DNA of 64,000 nucleotides from assembly GCF_020745735.1 (NCBI RefSeq), contig NC_083412.1, positions 46,441,181 to 46,505,180 on the forward strand. The letters are read 5' to 3'. Positions 59,693 to 64,000 of this stretch are shown one piece after another (within the stretch, counting starts at the first letter, position 1; every line of letters begins with the position of its first letter). The position numbers were made by a program, and so were the translations under genes. The DNA comes from Hemiscyllium ocellatum. Its lineage: Eukaryota. The notes under the pieces are model-generated. The model saw only the letters and a list, made by a program, of their open reading frames with translations, searched no databases and was not told the origin of the DNA.

Positions 59693-62600
59693 TATTTGAG
59701 TAATATTGGGTTCTTGGTCAAAATTCGAAACAGTGATAGCTTCTGCCCCAAAGTGAACATTTTGAAAGTTATTAGAGAATTTGAGAAGTTAATGTTAACA
59801 ACTGTTGTTTGTCATGCTGTCTTTCCTCATAAATCAAATTTGCACAAAATTAAATTCGTGATGGAACGAAAGACAAACAATGGCTATTCAGAGTTTAGGT
59901 AGCATGCAGTTACAATAAATCAGGTTTCCAAAGCTAAATTAATCTAATCATTTTAAATGTTGCTTACAAACCTATTTTTGTATTCTTTATCCTTAGTGTG
60001 AGAGATCAATAGTTTCACATATGCTGAAAAGAACATTAATTAGGAGACACCAGAATAAACTTCTATCTAATTTCTCAGTGAACATTATTTGATTGCTTAT
60101 TGCCTATCTCCAGGGATTATTACATAACTAACCTTCAACTTGCAAAACAGTCTGAGATTCGTTAGTTCAAATTGCATTGACAATCACACAAATCAGTCTT
60201 GAATTGATGAATTGGTATATTTCTGCTCAATTAATAAAGTTGAAGTAAGATCATTTTTTTTAGGAATAAAACTCAGTTAACATGATCTTTATGCTGTTTA
60301 TTAAACATAATGGAAAATATCTACAGATGTCACTAATTGGCAGAATTAGTAATTTCATTGTTTGTTGGAAATTTATTTGGTTCTGTGAAGCCTTTTACCA
60401 AATTTAGCAAATTTATAGTTAACCCTATTTTTGTGTCTTGATGTTCTGTATTTAAACATTTATCAGGCATTTTTCTAAGCTGCTTTCAATTGAAAGAAAG
60501 TCTTAAATTGAGCCTCTCAGCCATATTATTTGATATTTATATCTGGACTAAATCTATATTCTCTCACTCTTTTCCTAAATCTGACCTTTTTGATCATATT
60601 TGATATCTGCTCAAGTCTCTCATCACTTTGCAGCTTATGCTTGTGGTGGCAGGTTAGGGGTGGTGAGCCGTTATATTCTTAAATTATTTCAAATATTAAA
60701 TGGTAATGGTCCGTGGGCAAAGTGGTCATGCCAATATTTGGTTTAGGTATGGAATATGCTGTATACTTGCTGCTACATCCTGGAAGATCATGCATCATAC
60801 TTCTTGTTGTCAATTACAATGGCACTCATACTCTCTGTTGATGCTAATCCTTTTACCAGAAGAAATATGGGACTCTGTTACTCCAATATATGTTATATGA
60901 CTGTAGAATATAGCATTGTGGTAACAATTTTTGAGTTATGGTAATTGTATTACATAAAGTGATGGATGTTAGTGTTTCAGGTAGAGAATCAGATCTTCTC
61001 TCCTTCATCGGATTACTGCTACTGTTCATTATCCCAAACATGATTTTTAATTTTTCTTTAATTACAACAATAATGTTAATTGCTGCTGAAGCATGACATT
61101 TTATGTGGTGGCTTTTCTTCTGTACATTGAATCATCCTGGAGTGAAAATGTGCTGAAATGTACAAGAGCAACAGCCCGGCAAAGCCAGCAGCCGATCGAA
61201 GGTCACTCCCAGCAGGGTTAAACCCATGCTGTCCCTTTTAATTTTCGATGGTTACTGATTTGAGATGTAATGTCCTTATTACCTCATTGCTAGAGTGAAT
61301 TAAAAATGTAACTATGTCAGCTGCTATGTTCTTTGATCAGTAGAAGCCTCGGCGTGGAGAAAACACAGAACTAATTTTTAATTCCCTATTTAATTTCACT
61401 GCAAATGTCTTGCATTTTTTTTCTTGTCCTTTATCACTGCCGATAAAGCCGATCTGGAAGAAGTTTTGAAATGATTTGAGTCTGTTATCAAATGTACAAT
61501 TAAACCGCTGCGCATTTCCTTGGCAGAATTGTTCTTCTTTTCTTCATGAGCTTTTTATCCTTTTGAAATAACTCCATTCTCTGAATTGTGAGATTACAAG
61601 ATGTGACCAAAAGCAGGAAGAAAGGAGCTGATTTTCAAGATGAAGCAAAACGTGCCTGTCCTATATTACAACACCGACCACTGGTGGCATGTGGTTGGGG
61701 TAGAATACTGTCACCAATCTTCCTTTCTTAAAGTAAATTAAACAAATCAAATAAAGTTAGAACAAACAGTTACTAAGGGGCACTATAACAAAAATCAAAT
61801 TTGTAAGCAAAATTTATGAATTTAAATTTAAATATCATTTTGGAAGGTGATGATGTATCCCAACCCTCACTGTGGTTATTGATCTTGGAAGGCCTAAAGC
61901 ATCTCAAAAAGCACCATGGACGCTCTATCCAAGAACACTCATATATTTACGGAAGAGAGCAGCTGTCAAGTGCAATGACCCCCTCTGCGGCTTGCTTCCT
62001 GACCTTGTCAATGGGCACCTTGGCCAGGTCCAAGAGCTGAGTTTGTCTCTGGTACATTTGCAACTCCTGCAGGTCAGCTAAGTTGTGAGCATGGGGAATA
62101 TGACAACAACAAAAGCTAAAAGGAATACCGTCACACCAAGCAGGCATAAACCTAACAACCTCTTAAATAGAAGAATCAGGAATGGTTCCATACAAATTAA
62201 ATGCTGTTGATCGGACAAGGTCCAGCCCTGTCCCACAACACCCCTCAAATGAAAGGACACCATCAAGCATCTGTTAACCTTAATTTCAAAGTCAGTGTTT
62301 CAAAGTTTCAATGTGACACACTGCATCCTGAACAAGAATGCTCATAGCATCTGGAATAAATGTTTGTGATCCACACTCAAATGCCTTTTCCAAATCAAGG
62401 ACTCCTCTGGGAAAAATGGATCAGGTCTCAGACAAAGTGTGTGTTATTGTCAATGATCTGGCCCAGCACCATGTGGTCTAACACCAACCCAATTTGGAAA
62501 GACATTGCCGTGGCAAAGATTTTACAGACTATGCTTAGGAACGAGGTTGAGCATCAGTTTTTAAGAAGGCAAAAATTACCTTTTTTTCTCTTGCTATACC

Positions 62601-64000
62601 TCCTACAGGGTCAGATCCTTGGTGGCCTAACTGTGGCATGACTCCAAATCAAGCATCTCCTTCCCCAATTCTCAATCCTGGATTTCTGCTTCTTTGACAA
62701 TTCTTTCATGTACAGATAACAGAAGAAATGAGGGTGAGTCTTGCCCGCATTCCACCAGAGCCTCCTGCTTCCTTCTCCAGTGAGACTGCAAGTGATAGAA
62801 TAAGTCCTGCAAGCACCATCCTCTAGAGGTTGTTAAAGTGCTGTTACATGGACCCCACCCCTCTCTAAACCAGAGAGTGTGCAGGTTCACAAAGTGAAGT
62901 GCCGCATGCCCCACCCACTTACTGCACCTCCCCACACCACCCACACCCCAAATGAATGCTAAGATGGAGCTGATGGCCTGGAATGTGCTGTTGGCATCAT
63001 TTAAATGAGAAGCAAAGCCCTCAGCCAACATGGCTGACGCACATCAGCTTTGATTCACTCGATCAGATTTATCCATGTTGCAGCAAGATGAGGCTTCCTG
63101 AATGTAAAGAATTGTGAAAATAAGGGAACTGGTGAAATTTATATTTATTAGATTTTTACCTGTGTGAATTGAATGCTAATGAACAGAGTAAAAATATTGC
63201 AAATGCGAAAGAGATGGTTGCAAAGTATGATAATTAATCTAGTGCATATATGTAAATTAGGTGTAATTACAAATAGACTTTTCCCAGAACTCAGAAAAGT
63301 TCTTTCTTTATGAAATACAATGCTGTATTCTTTATGCTATTAATGACAAAACATTAATTATGGTAATTAGGTCATATTTACATATGGAAATTAGGTTAAT
63401 TAGAAAATAGTTTTCCCACTATAAATCAAAATCTTATTTGTTTCATTTAATTTGATAGCTATAGTCATTGTCTCACTGGGAAATCATTGATTGTAATATC
63501 ATTTACATACATAGATTAGATTAATTACAAAACTGAAACAGTGTTAATGACAAAGATATAGAAAAAGAGTATCAGTGGTAACATTTTTTAGGTCACTATG
63601 TGAAGGGACTTGCTATGGTTTTGTAATTATATTCATGACCAAGCCTTTATCCAGTGCTGGTGGGAAATTTTGGAATTCAGCCTCAGTATTATTCAGTTCT
63701 TTTTGTTTCACATGAAATGGGCCACACTGTGACTAGTTAAAGGAACTCAGAATCCAGGCTCTAGGTGAAGTACAAGCTGGAATGTTGTTGAGAACACAAC
63801 TCCTGAATACAATTTTCTGAGAAAATGTCATTTTCACATCACTGTTGAAAAAATAAGAGTTGATTCACTTCAATTGTTGTTACATTTTAATCTAAAAATT
63901 AGATGCAGTATGAATGATTACAGAGCAAACCATGATTCACAAAATGTATTCATATTGCCAACAATTCATTGAGGTGAGTATCCAATGAAAAGCTAGAGCA

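Noticed and set aside
59198-59750. Possible Harbinger-type MITE (also 42880-43300)
   Set aside because: Could not establish matching TIRs or a TSD
63903-63979. GAG|GTGAGT donor at the window end
   Set aside because: Weak acceptor and stops in all frames
1-64000. CRISPR arrays, rRNA, operons or prokaryotic defence systems
   Set aside because: No regularly spaced repeats, rRNA similarity or gene-dense organisation; the sequence is vertebrate repeat-rich DNA

Overview
Vertebrate non-coding DNA, about 40% GC and CpG-depleted. The repeat content (HE1/V-SINEs, CR1 LINEs with esterase ORF1, Penelope-like termini) points to a cartilaginous fish, probably a carpet or bamboo shark; this is inferred from recalled repeat families, not from a search. 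I recognise no host protein-coding exon, so this looks like a large intron or gene desert. Roughly half is nested transposon sequence: several CR1 families, an apparently ORF1-less Zenon-like LINE, L2, RTE, Tx1, Gypsy integrase, Penelope-like elements (PLEs), tRNA-derived SINEs and a Tigger-like MITE. The only long intact ORF (833-2383) is the RT half of a young, 5'-truncated CR1. Best observations: (1) about a dozen PLE-derived pieces from four sequence families carry minimal hammerhead-ribozyme motifs; four are stand-alone fold-back insertions with 14-15 bp TSDs, and fold points or 5' ends repeatedly fall on the hammerhead core. (2) A Tx1 LINE end sits in the B-box of a tRNA-derived SINE with a ~20 bp TSD. 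(3) A decayed, intron-retaining tRNA-Pro(AGG) gene. (4) A LINE family that seems to begin with a tRNA/SINE-like Pol III head and lack ORF1. (5) A two-step template-switch duplication that can be reconstructed at base level. (6) Several unique CpG-retaining islands that may be conserved enhancers or non-coding exons. Family names come from motif recognition by eye, and boundaries of old repeats are approximate.
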